In this document: piece after piece, positions 18,595 through 27,692 of the stretch
Position numbering within the stretch: position 1 is the first letter of the stretch
Layout: each line of letters opens with the position of its first letter
Origin: a bacterium
Lineage (GTDB): Bacteria; JACRDZ01; JAQUKH01
Assembly: GCA_028719205.1 (NCBI GenBank)
Contig: JAQUKH010000006.1
Location: forward strand, 1 to 64,000
Length of the DNA: 64,000 bases
Direction of reading: 5' to 3'
Program-made: the position numbers and the translations under genes
Notes under the pieces: model-generated
What the model was told of the DNA's origin: nothing
Database searches by the model: none
The model's input: only the letters and a program-made list of their open reading frames with translations

Positions 18595-20136
18595 ATGTTA
18601 TCAATTATTAATAGCTGTGCTGTTTTTGGAATAGAAAGTTATCTGGTCCGGGTTGAGGTGGATATTGCCGGAGGCCTGCCGAGCTATTCTACGGTTGGGT
18701 TGCCGGACGCGGCGGTCAAGGAAAGCAAGGACCGGGTAAAGGCGGCGATAAAGAACTCGGATTTTGAATTCCCGAGCAAAAGGATCACGGTCAACCTCTC
18801 GCCGGCGGATGTGAAAAAAGAGGGGCCTGATTTTGACCTGCCGATTGCTATCGGGATCCTTGTGGCCACGGGCCAGCTAAAATCAGAAAAAATAAAAGAA
18901 TACGCGATCCTCGGAGAACTTTCACTAGACGGCACGGTGCAAAAAATTAACGGTGCTCTGCCTGTCGCTTTGGGAATAAAAAGAGAAGGTTTAAAAGGAA
19001 TAATTTTACCTCATGCCAATTCTGATGAGGCCGGCGTAGTTGAGGGTATTGAAGTTATTCCCGTAAAAGACCTTTTTGAAACTGTTAAATTTCTTGAAGG
19101 CGAAAAAAATATTTCGCCTCACAAGGTTGATCTGAATGAGATATTTGATAACAGCAGAAATTATGAACTGGATTTTTCCGATGTTAAGGGCCAGGAGCAG
19201 GCAAAGAGGGCTTTAGAGGTAGCGGCGGCCGGCGGGCATAATGTTATTATGGTTGGCCCCCCGGGTTCAGGAAAGACCATGCTGGCCCAGCGTTTCCCGA
19301 CGATCCTGCCGGATTTTAGTTTAGATGAGGCTTTGGAAACGACCAAGATTCACAGTGTGGCGGGAATACTGGCCTCCGAAAAAGGGCTGATAGCGGTACG
19401 GCCTTTCCGGTCGCCGCATCATACCATATCAAGTATAGCGCTGACAGGCGGCGGACAGTATCCGAGGCCTGGCGAGGTAAGCCTCGCGCATCACGGGGTG
19501 TTATTTTTGGATGAACTTCCTGAATTTCACCGGAGCGTATTAGAAGTTTTGCGCCAGCCATTAGAGGATGGCGTTGTTACAATTTCCCGCGCGGCGGCTT
19601 CATTGACATATCCCGCGAGGTTTATGCTGACCGCGGCGATGAATCCCTGCCCCTGCGGATATTATGGTGACTCATTCCATGAATGCAGGTGCACGCCAAA
19701 CCAGATCCACAGGTACCGCTCAAAAGTTTCAGGCCCTTTATTGGATAGAATTGATATTCATCTGGATGTTCCCGCGGTGAAATTTAAAGATATATCAAGC
19801 AAAGCTCCTGCTGAGAGTTCAGCGGATATAAAGCTAAGGATAAATAAAGCAAGGAATATCCAGAAAGACCGTTTCAAAAACCACAAGAAAAAGGTTTTCT
19901 GCAACTCCCATATGGGCCATAAAGATATTAAAAAATATTGTGAAATAGATGAGACCTCACTAAACCTTCTCAAAGAAGCCATCCAGAAAATGGGTTTCTC
20001 CGCCCGCGCCTACGACCGCATCCTGAAAGTCTCCCGCACGATCGCGGATCTGGATGGAATAGAGAACATTCGGCAGGATCATATCTTAGAGGCTATTCAA
20101 TATAGGAGTTTGGATAGGGGGGAGAATAAATTTTAG
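18595..20136 (+). CDS. comM: YifB/ComM Mg-chelatase-like AAA+ ATPase
   Basis: [73 protein letters not shown]. Confidence 0.95.
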   Translation: MLSIINSCAVFGIESYLVRVEVDIAGGLPSYSTVGLPDAAVKESKDRVKAAIKNSDFEFPSKRITVNLSPADVKKEGPDFDLPIAIGILVATGQLKSEKIKEYAILGELSLDGTVQKINGALPVALGIKREGLKGIILPHANSDEAGVVEGIEVIPVKDLFETVKFLEGEKNISPHKVDLNEIFDNSRNYELDFSDVKGQEQAKRALEVAAAGGHNVIMVGPPGSGKTMLAQRFPTILPDFSLDEALETTKIHSVAGILASEKGLIAVRPFRSPHHTISSIALTGGGQYPRPGEVSLAHHGVLFLDELPEFHRSVLEVLRQPLEDGVVTISRAAASLTYPARFMLTAAMNPCPCGYYGDSFHECRCTPNQIHRYRSKVSGPLLDRIDIHLDVPAVKFKDISSKAPAESSADIKLRINKARNIQKDRFKNHKKKVFCNSHMGHKDIKKYCEIDETSLNLLKEAIQKMGFSARAYDRILKVSRTIADLDGIENIRQDHILEAIQYRSLDRGENKF

Positions 20137-20238
20137 GCTATTGATTTATTCATTAGTTGAATCATTTAGCGGTATAGATTACAATGGTGGCAATGAAATG
20201 AGGAAAAAAGAGAACGAATTGGAAGTAAGGGGGGAAAT

Positions 20239-20853
20239 ATGAAAAAGTCAATAAATTTTGCGGTTTTGATACTGTTTGTTTTTTCATTAGGGGCTAAAAT
20301 AGAAGCAGTGGGAGAAAGTAAAAAGGCAGAGGAAGCCAAAAAATATAGTGCTACACTTTCTCAGGCTTTGATCCAAACAGAAAATTCATCATTTAAACAA
20401 TTTGGCCCCGATGGTAAACCGTATATTCATGGGGATTCAAAATATTGTGGAATAGGAAATATTAGTTTAACACAGAATCCGAATGGTATAGATGTATGGG
20501 TTACTAATGACAAAGGAGAAAAAATTCACATTGTTGCTACAAAAGAAGAAATAGAGAATGATATATATAAAAATATTGAAGGTAGTCTTGCCAAGTTTAA
20601 AGACGCTCTAGAAAATGTGGAATGGACTTATGATCAAAAAAACATAACTATATCAGATGAAGAAAAGGCTGCGATTACGTATAGTGAGTATATTGGAGGA
20701 GCATGCAGCCGATGGAAAATAGATGTACGCCCAGATGAAAGTTATTGGCGTGAAAAAGCTAAAATAGATATAACCAATACCTCAAATACTATATTGGATA
20801 TATTAAATCGTAAATCCAATTACATGAAAAATTATGGAATATTGGATAAATGA
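20239..20853 (+). CDS. Secreted hypothetical protein (AT-rich cargo)
   Basis: Signal peptide, SD AAGGGGG; no family recognised. Confidence 0.7.
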   Translation: MKKSINFAVLILFVFSLGAKIEAVGESKKAEEAKKYSATLSQALIQTENSSFKQFGPDGKPYIHGDSKYCGIGNISLTQNPNGIDVWVTNDKGEKIHIVATKEEIENDIYKNIEGSLAKFKDALENVEWTYDQKNITISDEEKAAITYSEYIGGACSRWKIDVRPDESYWREKAKIDITNTSNTILDILNRKSNYMKNYGILDK

Positions 20854-20877
20854 AAATAATTTATTAGGAGAGCAACA

Positions 20878-21957
20878 ATGAAAAATATATTAAGGAATCT
20901 AAAAAAGATTATTAAAAATATTTTTAAAATATTTTCGGGATTAATTCTAATATTATTTTTAGTATCTAATGCAAATGCCCAATTGATTGGGTACACTTTT
21001 AATGATAATGGGAAAATATATGAAATTGATTTCGGATCTTGCAAAATTTTAAGAGAAATGAATGTTGGGAGATCAATGGATGCTGCAAAAATAATCTATG
21101 ATAAAAATAACATTAAAAGTTATATTGTTTTCAATAGTTATGAAATTATAATTGTTAATTTGATAGATTTTAAAATTGAAAAAACAATCAAATCACCGGA
21201 TTTATATAAATTTTCAAGGGCTACTCCTATATTTTTAAATTTAATAAAAAATCAAATATACATTGAAACAAAAAAAATTATAGATGTAAATAAAAAGCAA
21301 GAAGAACATCGACTTCTTTCTTATAACACTAACGATTATTCCTATTCCGAAGTTGATAATAAATTTTTTAGATATTATCAATTTACATCTGACGGAAAAT
21401 ATTTATATCGAATTTGGGACAATAGTGATATTAAAAAAATAGAGAAAAGAAGTACTAGTAATTTCGAATTAATAAATACTTTTCACCTCCCGGAAATTCC
21501 CAAAATTGATGATATTGAAAGTTTCATTTTATCTCCCGATAATAAAAAAATTTATATAAATGGATTTTTAAGGCAGGATTCTTATAAATGCTATGAATTT
21601 GTTTTAGATGCAACAAATGGAAACTTATTAAATTTTTTAACATTTGAGGAACATGTAGCCGCTATTTCTGAAGAAGCTAAGTATTTATATACGACAAAAA
21701 TAGATACTGCAACTTCAAATTTTGTTCTTAAAAAAATAAATACTGATAATTTTTCCCAAGAAGAAATACCTATCGTATCTGACCATATTACTGTTGATAA
21801 CATTTCTATATCGCCCGATGGGTCGGTTTTATTGATAGGCAGCGACAGTGATGTTAAAAATCCTAAAGGATATGTTACAGTAGTAGATCTAAAAGAGAGA
21901 AAAATTAAAGGGCAAATTGAATTAGAGACATTCCCAATTGCAATTTATTTCGAATAA
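20878..21957 (+). CDS. Secreted beta-propeller protein (YVTN/YncE-like), very AT-rich
   Basis: Signal peptide; blade motifs FTSDGKYLY, LSPDNKKIYI, ISPDGSVLLI. Confidence 0.7.
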   Translation: MKNILRNLKKIIKNIFKIFSGLILILFLVSNANAQLIGYTFNDNGKIYEIDFGSCKILREMNVGRSMDAAKIIYDKNNIKSYIVFNSYEIIIVNLIDFKIEKTIKSPDLYKFSRATPIFLNLIKNQIYIETKKIIDVNKKQEEHRLLSYNTNDYSYSEVDNKFFRYYQFTSDGKYLYRIWDNSDIKKIEKRSTSNFELINTFHLPEIPKIDDIESFILSPDNKKIYINGFLRQDSYKCYEFVLDATNGNLLNFLTFEEHVAAISEEAKYLYTTKIDTATSNFVLKKINTDNFSQEEIPIVSDHITVDNISISPDGSVLLIGSDSDVKNPKGYVTVVDLKERKIKGQIELETFPIAIYFE

Positions 21958-22102
21958 TGAAATAAAAATAGCCTACTTTTTTGTGAGCCTATCTAGCTTA
22001 AATTGAACCATTTGTTAATAGGGAGCAGTATAAATAAGGACAATTAACCTTCCTCTCAAAACCTTATTGATTAAAAATAATTGCGATTAAAAAGATAAAA
22101 TA

Positions 22103-22287
22103 GATAGAATTGACATTCATTTAGATGTTCCCGCGGTAAAATTTAAGGACATATCAAGTAAAATCCCGGCCGAAAGTTCCGCGGATATAAAGTTAAGGAT
22201 AAATAAAGCAAGGAACGTATTCAGCAGAATCATATTTTAGAAGCTATCCAATATCGGAGTTTAGATAGGGGTGAGAATAAATTTTAA
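22103..22287 (+). pseudogene. comM: Second, internally deleted copy of the comM 3' end
   Basis: 22103-22216 aligns to 19744-19857 and 22219-22287 aligns to 20068-20136; 210 nt are missing and the junction is frameshifted. Confidence 0.92.
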
Positions 22288-22370
22288 AAATAATTTCTGT
22301 CTCTTTATCTGGGCCAAAAAACTTTTGTGTTCATTCCAGAAATCGGTTTTCGGCAAAATATGGAATTTAT

Positions 22371-22760
22371 CTATGTTTTAAAATTAGAATTTTCCGCGAA
22401 ACGGTCTATGACCTCTTTTACATTATTATCTATTCTTTCAAAAAAAGTGGCTATTCCATAAATCGGATTTTTTTTATATCCAGCATTATATTGCCTGTCT
22501 TCATCTATCCGGCATACCTTACCTAAACAATTAACTGGTTCATTAATAAAAGGCAGTTTAATGTTTAATTCTATTCTTGTATTTACAGGGATTTTTTTAT
22601 TAAAATTAAAACATATCCCGCTTGAGCTCAAATTTTTTATTGTTACCATATGCCACTTGGAAAGATCATCACAGAATGCTATTTCTCCACTAATACGAAA
22701 TCTTACAATAAACAATTTTTGAATTCTCTTAGCTCTTTTAGGTAAAATTAAAGGTTCCAT
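22371..22760 (-). CDS. PilZ-domain protein
   Basis: KRAKR (variant of RxxxR) and NLSSSG (D/NxSxxG) motifs; about 110-aa beta fold. Confidence 0.75.
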   Translation of the reverse strand: MEPLILPKRAKRIQKLFIVRFRISGEIAFCDDLSKWHMVTIKNLSSSGICFNFNKKIPVNTRIELNIKLPFINEPVNCLGKVCRIDEDRQYNAGYKKNPIYGIATFFERIDNNVKEVIDRFAENSNFKT

Positions 22761-23033
22761 AGGTATCTATTATAAAACAAAAAAGATAAAAAAAGTGATT
22801 TAATGAAAATTTTATCAAACAATAACGTTTGTGTCAATTGTATCAGCAATATTAAAATGTTTGATTTACCCCTTCAAATCAAAAGCTTATCCAATTTCCT
22901 TTGACTCAGATTCAAGAGTTGTCTCTGATAAATAATTTTCTCACTAAGGGTTTTTTTCTGGTAAAATGTTTTCCGGCGTATAAACAGGAAATTTAATTAT
23001 TTTGGGAATAAAGGGCAAAATGGAAATACAGGT

Positions 23034-23897
23034 ATGATAAATATCACCAAACATAAGAAGGCTGAGGACGACATAAAGGAGTCCGAAGAGATATTTGAAA
23101 GCGTGGTGGATAATATCGGTATTGGTGTATCGCTCATCAGTCCGGCTATGGAGATATTATCCATGAATAAACAAATGAAAAAATGGTTCCCGGATATTGA
23201 TGTTACCAAAAAGCCGGTTTGCTATCGAGCTTTTAATAAACCACCGAAAAAAATTATCTGCCATTATTGCCCAACCCATAAGACCTTAAAAAACGGACAG
23301 GTTTATGAGTCTATTACTGAAACTCCCGCAGGCGGCAAAATTATTAATTATAGAATAATTTCTTCCGCGATTAAAAATAAAGAAGGGAAGATCATTGCGG
23401 CGATAGAGATGGTGGAAGATATTACTAGGCGCAAGGAAGTAGAAGATGCCCTGAAAAAGTCTAAGGAAGAATTGCGTAAACAAAAATTGGTTTTGGAACA
23501 GAAAAATTTAGCCCTGAAAGAAATGCTGGAGCATATTGAGAGAACAAAAATTGATATGAAAGAAAACATAGCAATTAATGTAAATGAAATATTACTGCCA
23601 ATTTTAAAAAAACTGAAAATAAAAGGAGCATCCTCTAAGTATACTAATTTACTCCAATACCATTTAGAAACCTTAGTTTCTTCTTTTGGTTATAAAATTA
23701 CAGAAAAAAACACTAAATTAACAACCCGGGAAATTGAGATCTGCAACATTTTAAAAGGTGGTCTTACAAGTAAAGATGCCTCTGAACTTTTAAATATTTC
23801 TCGCCAGACAATTGAAAAACACCGCAAAAATATAAGAAAAAAGTTAAACATATCTAATGAAAAGGTTAATTTAATTTCTTTTCTGCAAAGACTCTAG
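23034..23897 (+). CDS. PAS plus LuxR-type HTH transcriptional regulator
   Basis: PAS containing CY...CHYCP, then EDITRRK, a coiled coil, and LTTREIEIC...TIEKHRKNIRKKL. Confidence 0.85.
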   Translation: MINITKHKKAEDDIKESEEIFESVVDNIGIGVSLISPAMEILSMNKQMKKWFPDIDVTKKPVCYRAFNKPPKKIICHYCPTHKTLKNGQVYESITETPAGGKIINYRIISSAIKNKEGKIIAAIEMVEDITRRKEVEDALKKSKEELRKQKLVLEQKNLALKEMLEHIERTKIDMKENIAINVNEILLPILKKLKIKGASSKYTNLLQYHLETLVSSFGYKITEKNTKLTTREIEICNILKGGLTSKDASELLNISRQTIEKHRKNIRKKLNISNEKVNLISFLQRL

Positions 23898-24047
23898 CTA
23901 AAAAATATAAAAATCTACCCTAGCCTCTTTATATATTATGGGTATTATCTATACCCATTATGTAACCATTAAAACCCTGTTGATGTTTCTAAATTAATAA
24001 AATAGAATCTTATAGTTATAATTAAAATCATATAAGGAGGTAAGGTT

Positions 24048-24332
24048 ATGGCAAAGAAATTATTCAGCAAAAAGAAAAAAGTTTTATTTCTGCTTAATGC
24101 CCCTGACGCGAAAGAAGTATTATTAACGGGTGATTTTAATTCGTGGAAAGAAGCCGGGCTAAAAATGGAAAAGGGTAATAATGGGGAATGGAGTACAGAA
24201 GTAAATCTTGAACCGGGTAGATATGAGTATAAATTTATTGTTGATGGCCAGTGGTGGACAGATCCTTTAAATACTAGTACCGTTACAAATTCAGTTGGCT
24301 CATTAAATTCATTAAAAGAAGTAATTTCCTGA
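24048..24332 (+). CDS. Stand-alone glycogen-binding (CBM48/AMPK-beta-like) protein
   Basis: GDFNSW, LEPGRYEYKFIVDGQW.DP.N; SD AAGGAGGT. Confidence 0.85.
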   Translation: MAKKLFSKKKKVLFLLNAPDAKEVLLTGDFNSWKEAGLKMEKGNNGEWSTEVNLEPGRYEYKFIVDGQWWTDPLNTSTVTNSVGSLNSLKEVIS

Positions 24333-24341
24333 TTCTCTGTT

Positions 24342-26057
24342 TTATTTTAATTTAAATTTTTTTTCGGTAAAAAGCTTCTGGCAAATATCCACAACATCCG
24401 GATCATAGAGGATGCCTTTATTGGAGGCGATCTCTTTTAATGCTTTCTTTATGCTGTAAGAAGCCCTGTAAGGCCGGTGCGAAGCCATAGCTTCAACAAC
24501 ATCAGCTACTGCTATGATCTTGGCTTCCAGCAGGATGTCTTTGCCCTTAATACCGCCCGGATATCCTGAACCGTTTTCTCTTTCATGATGCTGCAGAATA
24601 ATTTGAGCGATAGGCCAGGGGAAATCTATATTTTTTAATATATTGTAACCGGTCTGAGGGTGTGTTTTAATTATGTTAAATTCCATATCAGTTATTTTGC
24701 CGGGTTTAGTGAGAATTTCAGAGGGAACGGATATTTTTCCTAAATCATGAACACTTCCAGCTATACGAATTCCGTCAATCTGTTTTTCAGAAAGACACAT
24801 TTCTTTGGCTATAGAACGAGCAAGATCAGAAACTCTCCTTTGATGTCCGGCTGTATAAGGATCCCTTGTTTCAACAGTTGATACTATGGCTTGAATAGTT
24901 CCATTTATTGCTTCCCGCAGTCTTCCCAGGGTGCTGATAAGTTGTTCCTCGTCCTTTTTACGCACGATAACCCCGGCTAAAGTGTCAGCAATGGCTTGAA
25001 GAAAATTCTCTTCTTTTTGATTCCGGATATGTCCGTGTATTAAGTGCAAATTCAGCACCCCGAGAACTTTATTGTCGTATATTATCGGGACACAATAATG
25101 CCCGTGAGGAGTTATTGCCTTATACATAACGCTATGGCGTTTGTCAATGCAATTTGAAAATTGTATTTTTCGTGTTAACGCGGCCTGGCCACAAAGGCAT
25201 TTACCTAAAGGGACCTGTGAACACGCTTTTAACATTTGGCTCGGGATATTTCTTCCTGCTTTCATTACCAGGATCTCAGTATTATCTTCAATGAGAAATA
25301 TACAGCCCCGGGGGCTGGAGGAAAAGCAGGGAATTGATAATATAATATCAATAGTATGTTCTAAATATTCATTAAAAACCATATTTGTTTGTGAGAGGTG
25401 TAAAAATTTGTTCAGGATGATCTGGTCATCATAGTTTTGCTGGATTTTCGTTTCTACCTGTTTGTATCCGTCATTCTTGATATATTCCCATTTATCTCCC
25501 TCTTTAATAAGAGTAAACTGGTGCCTGCTTACTATTTTTACAATTTCAGATTGATCACATTTATCAAGGGAATACGCGCAAACGGTTTTTATCTGATGCT
25601 CAGAAATTATCTTGTTTACTTCATCTTCATAATCAACAAAGCTTTTCCAATCTTTTCTCGCAAGCCAGGCCGGATTATTTATTAACCTCATTCCATCATA
25701 ACCTTTGAGTAAGGCTTGATTTAATTTGTTGATCCAGATGTTAGAAATCCTTTGAATATTAAAAAGATCATTCTCAATATACCATTTGTCATGGAAGATT
25801 ATTTCTATTTGTCCTTTTTCAAGGTATTTATCGAAATCAGGTACAGCATTTCTTATCGCTTCTTCACCCTCCTTACAAATAACAGGTTCTGAAGTAAACA
25901 AGATACAGAATTCATTATTTTTCAAACCTGTTTTGAAATATGGCACTAAAACGTCAATTAAATCTTTTTTATTCTGATAAAAATGACATAAATGAGTGCC
26001 CCACGGGATATCACTTATAATATTATTTTCTGTTTTTTTTACGGCTGTTTTTTCCAT
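24342..26057 (-). CDS. MEDS-GAF-HD-GYP cyclic-dinucleotide phosphodiesterase
   Basis: WGTHLCHFY (MEDS), CLCG...HGHYCVP (GAF), HQRRV, HDLGK, HHERENGSGYP, HRPYR. Confidence 0.9.
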   Translation of the reverse strand: MEKTAVKKTENNIISDIPWGTHLCHFYQNKKDLIDVLVPYFKTGLKNNEFCILFTSEPVICKEGEEAIRNAVPDFDKYLEKGQIEIIFHDKWYIENDLFNIQRISNIWINKLNQALLKGYDGMRLINNPAWLARKDWKSFVDYEDEVNKIISEHQIKTVCAYSLDKCDQSEIVKIVSRHQFTLIKEGDKWEYIKNDGYKQVETKIQQNYDDQIILNKFLHLSQTNMVFNEYLEHTIDIILSIPCFSSSPRGCIFLIEDNTEILVMKAGRNIPSQMLKACSQVPLGKCLCGQAALTRKIQFSNCIDKRHSVMYKAITPHGHYCVPIIYDNKVLGVLNLHLIHGHIRNQKEENFLQAIADTLAGVIVRKKDEEQLISTLGRLREAINGTIQAIVSTVETRDPYTAGHQRRVSDLARSIAKEMCLSEKQIDGIRIAGSVHDLGKISVPSEILTKPGKITDMEFNIIKTHPQTGYNILKNIDFPWPIAQIILQHHERENGSGYPGGIKGKDILLEAKIIAVADVVEAMASHRPYRASYSIKKALKEIASNKGILYDPDVVDICQKLFTEKKFKLK

Positions 26058-26396
26058 TTAATTATCTCCAGATTTTCATTTTATTTTCTAAAATTACTCA
26101 CTGAGATTTTTGTTTCTCTCCAGGAAGAGTACTCATTTATTATATATGTCATAAATAATACACGGTTAATCGATTTATACCTTAAATAGGCTTTCCTGCT
26201 TTTATTTATTTACGATATAGAATCTTTGATATATATGTGTAAATAATGTGGTATGGTTATTTTTATCTTTTTTGCCTTTCAAGGCTTTTTTTCTGTTAAA
26301 ATAACTCCTTAAGTATAATTCCGGAAGGTTCGATAATCTTAGATAAGAGGTTTTATCTTTAAAATAATAGAGTGATTTGAGGTAAAGGGGAGTAAA

Positions 26397-26741
26397 ATGC
26401 AGTTACTGGTTATGGTGCTAAATAGAGAAGAGTATATGGAAGAAGTACTTACAATTTTTGTTGAGGCCGGTGTTTCAGGGGCGACTATTCTTGATTCCGA
26501 AGGTATGGGGAGGGCCGTTTCTTATGATATCCCGATCTTCGCGACCCTGAAAAATATAATGAAAGGGACTCATTTTTATAATAGAACTATTTTTTCGGTT
26601 TTTGAAGATGAAGAACTTTTAGAAAAAACTATTGATATGATACGAAAAACCATTGACCTTGATAAAGAGGGGACAGGTATTCTTTTTACGGTTCCAGTCG
26701 GCAAAGTTTACGGATTGACAAATGAAGAGTTGAAATGGTAA
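26397..26741 (+). CDS. P-II-like (GlnB fold) protein
   Basis: GVSGATILDSEGMG, GTGILFTVPV. Confidence 0.7.
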   Translation: MQLLVMVLNREEYMEEVLTIFVEAGVSGATILDSEGMGRAVSYDIPIFATLKNIMKGTHFYNRTIFSVFEDEELLEKTIDMIRKTIDLDKEGTGILFTVPVGKVYGLTNEELKW

Positions 26742-26797
26742 AAGGTTCCAGGTTGTTAAGTTTTAGTTAAATTATACCGATTTTGTTGAGGAAGCTT

Positions 26798-27571
26798 ATG
26801 ATATTAGGTTTTTTTGAATCTATAGGTAAAAATCTTAGTATTTTCGTTAAAGAAATCGGGCGTTTTACAATTTTTTATTTTAAATCCTTATTTCTTGTAG
26901 TAAGCGGGCCTGTTAATTTTAAGCAGACATTTATTCATATGGAACGGATAGGTGTCAGCAGCCTTCCTGTGGTTTTGATCACCGCGGGTTTTAGCGGCAT
27001 GGTTTTGGCTGTACAGACTTTTTACGGTATGAGTTTCATGAATATCTCGCGGTATGTCGGCCCGATTGTCGGTTTGAGTATGACCCGTGAGTTAGGGCCG
27101 GTGCTTACAGGGCTTATTGTTGCCGGGCGTATAAGTTCATCAATGGCCGCTGAACTGGGAACAATGCAGGTTACGGAACAAATTGACGCGTTTTGGACCT
27201 TAGCGGTTAATCCTTACAGATATCTGGTTGTTCCAAGGTTGATCGCATCAATTATTATGCTTCCTTTATTGACAGCTATTGCCGCTGTTACAGGAATTAT
27301 GGGGGGATTAGTTGTTTCAGCCAGTAAATTTAATGTTAATCCCATTCTTTATTATGAAACAACGCGGAATATTCTGGTGCTCAGGGATATTTATAACGGA
27401 TTGATAAAGGCTTTTTTCTTTGGAATGATCATAGCGATCGTTGGATGTTATAAAGGTTTTTCTACGCGGGGCGGCGCGGAAGGTGTTGGTTTATCGACCA
27501 CGGGCGCGGTAGTTTTAGCCTCTATACTTATTTTGGTTTCTGATTACTATTTGACGATTATATTTTTTTAA
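26798..27571 (+). CDS. mlaE: MlaE-family ABC permease
   Basis: RELGPVLTGLIVAGR, AELGTMQVTEQIDA, GGAEGVG. Confidence 0.92.
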   Translation: MILGFFESIGKNLSIFVKEIGRFTIFYFKSLFLVVSGPVNFKQTFIHMERIGVSSLPVVLITAGFSGMVLAVQTFYGMSFMNISRYVGPIVGLSMTRELGPVLTGLIVAGRISSSMAAELGTMQVTEQIDAFWTLAVNPYRYLVVPRLIASIIMLPLLTAIAAVTGIMGGLVVSASKFNVNPILYYETTRNILVLRDIYNGLIKAFFFGMIIAIVGCYKGFSTRGGAEGVGLSTTGAVVLASILILVSDYYLTIIFF

Positions 27572-27574
27572 TGA

Positions 27575-27686
27575 ATCCCGATTTTAATCGGGATGAATTT
27601 ACCCCGATGTAACATCGGGGGTTCAATTCGCACTATCATTTCTGTGCGCACTTCGTGCTTCATAAACGATGTGCTCATTGAAGGAG
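27575..27686 (+). repeat. Structured dispersed element, copy 1, ending in the SD of mlaD
   Basis: ATCCCGATTTTAATCGGGAT hairpin, CCCCGATGTAACATCGGGG palindrome, then TTCAATTCGCACTATCAT...GATGTGCTCATTGAAGGAG. Homologous to 49086-49161 on the minus strand. Confidence 0.8.
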
Positions 27687-27692
27687 AATTTT

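Noticed and set aside
19744-22287. Diversity-generating retroelement TR/VR pair
   Set aside because: Mismatches are mostly synonymous third-position changes involving all bases rather than adenine-specific, and there is no reverse transcriptase in the window.
27575-27686. CRISPR repeat or tRNA
   Set aside because: Only two dispersed copies, no repeat-spacer periodicity, no cas genes, and no cloverleaf or T-loop consensus.
27669-27692. Shared N-terminal peptide MCSLKE on MlaD and TatA in the ORF track
   Set aside because: Artefact of the repeated upstream element; the true starts follow the SD (27693 and 49079).
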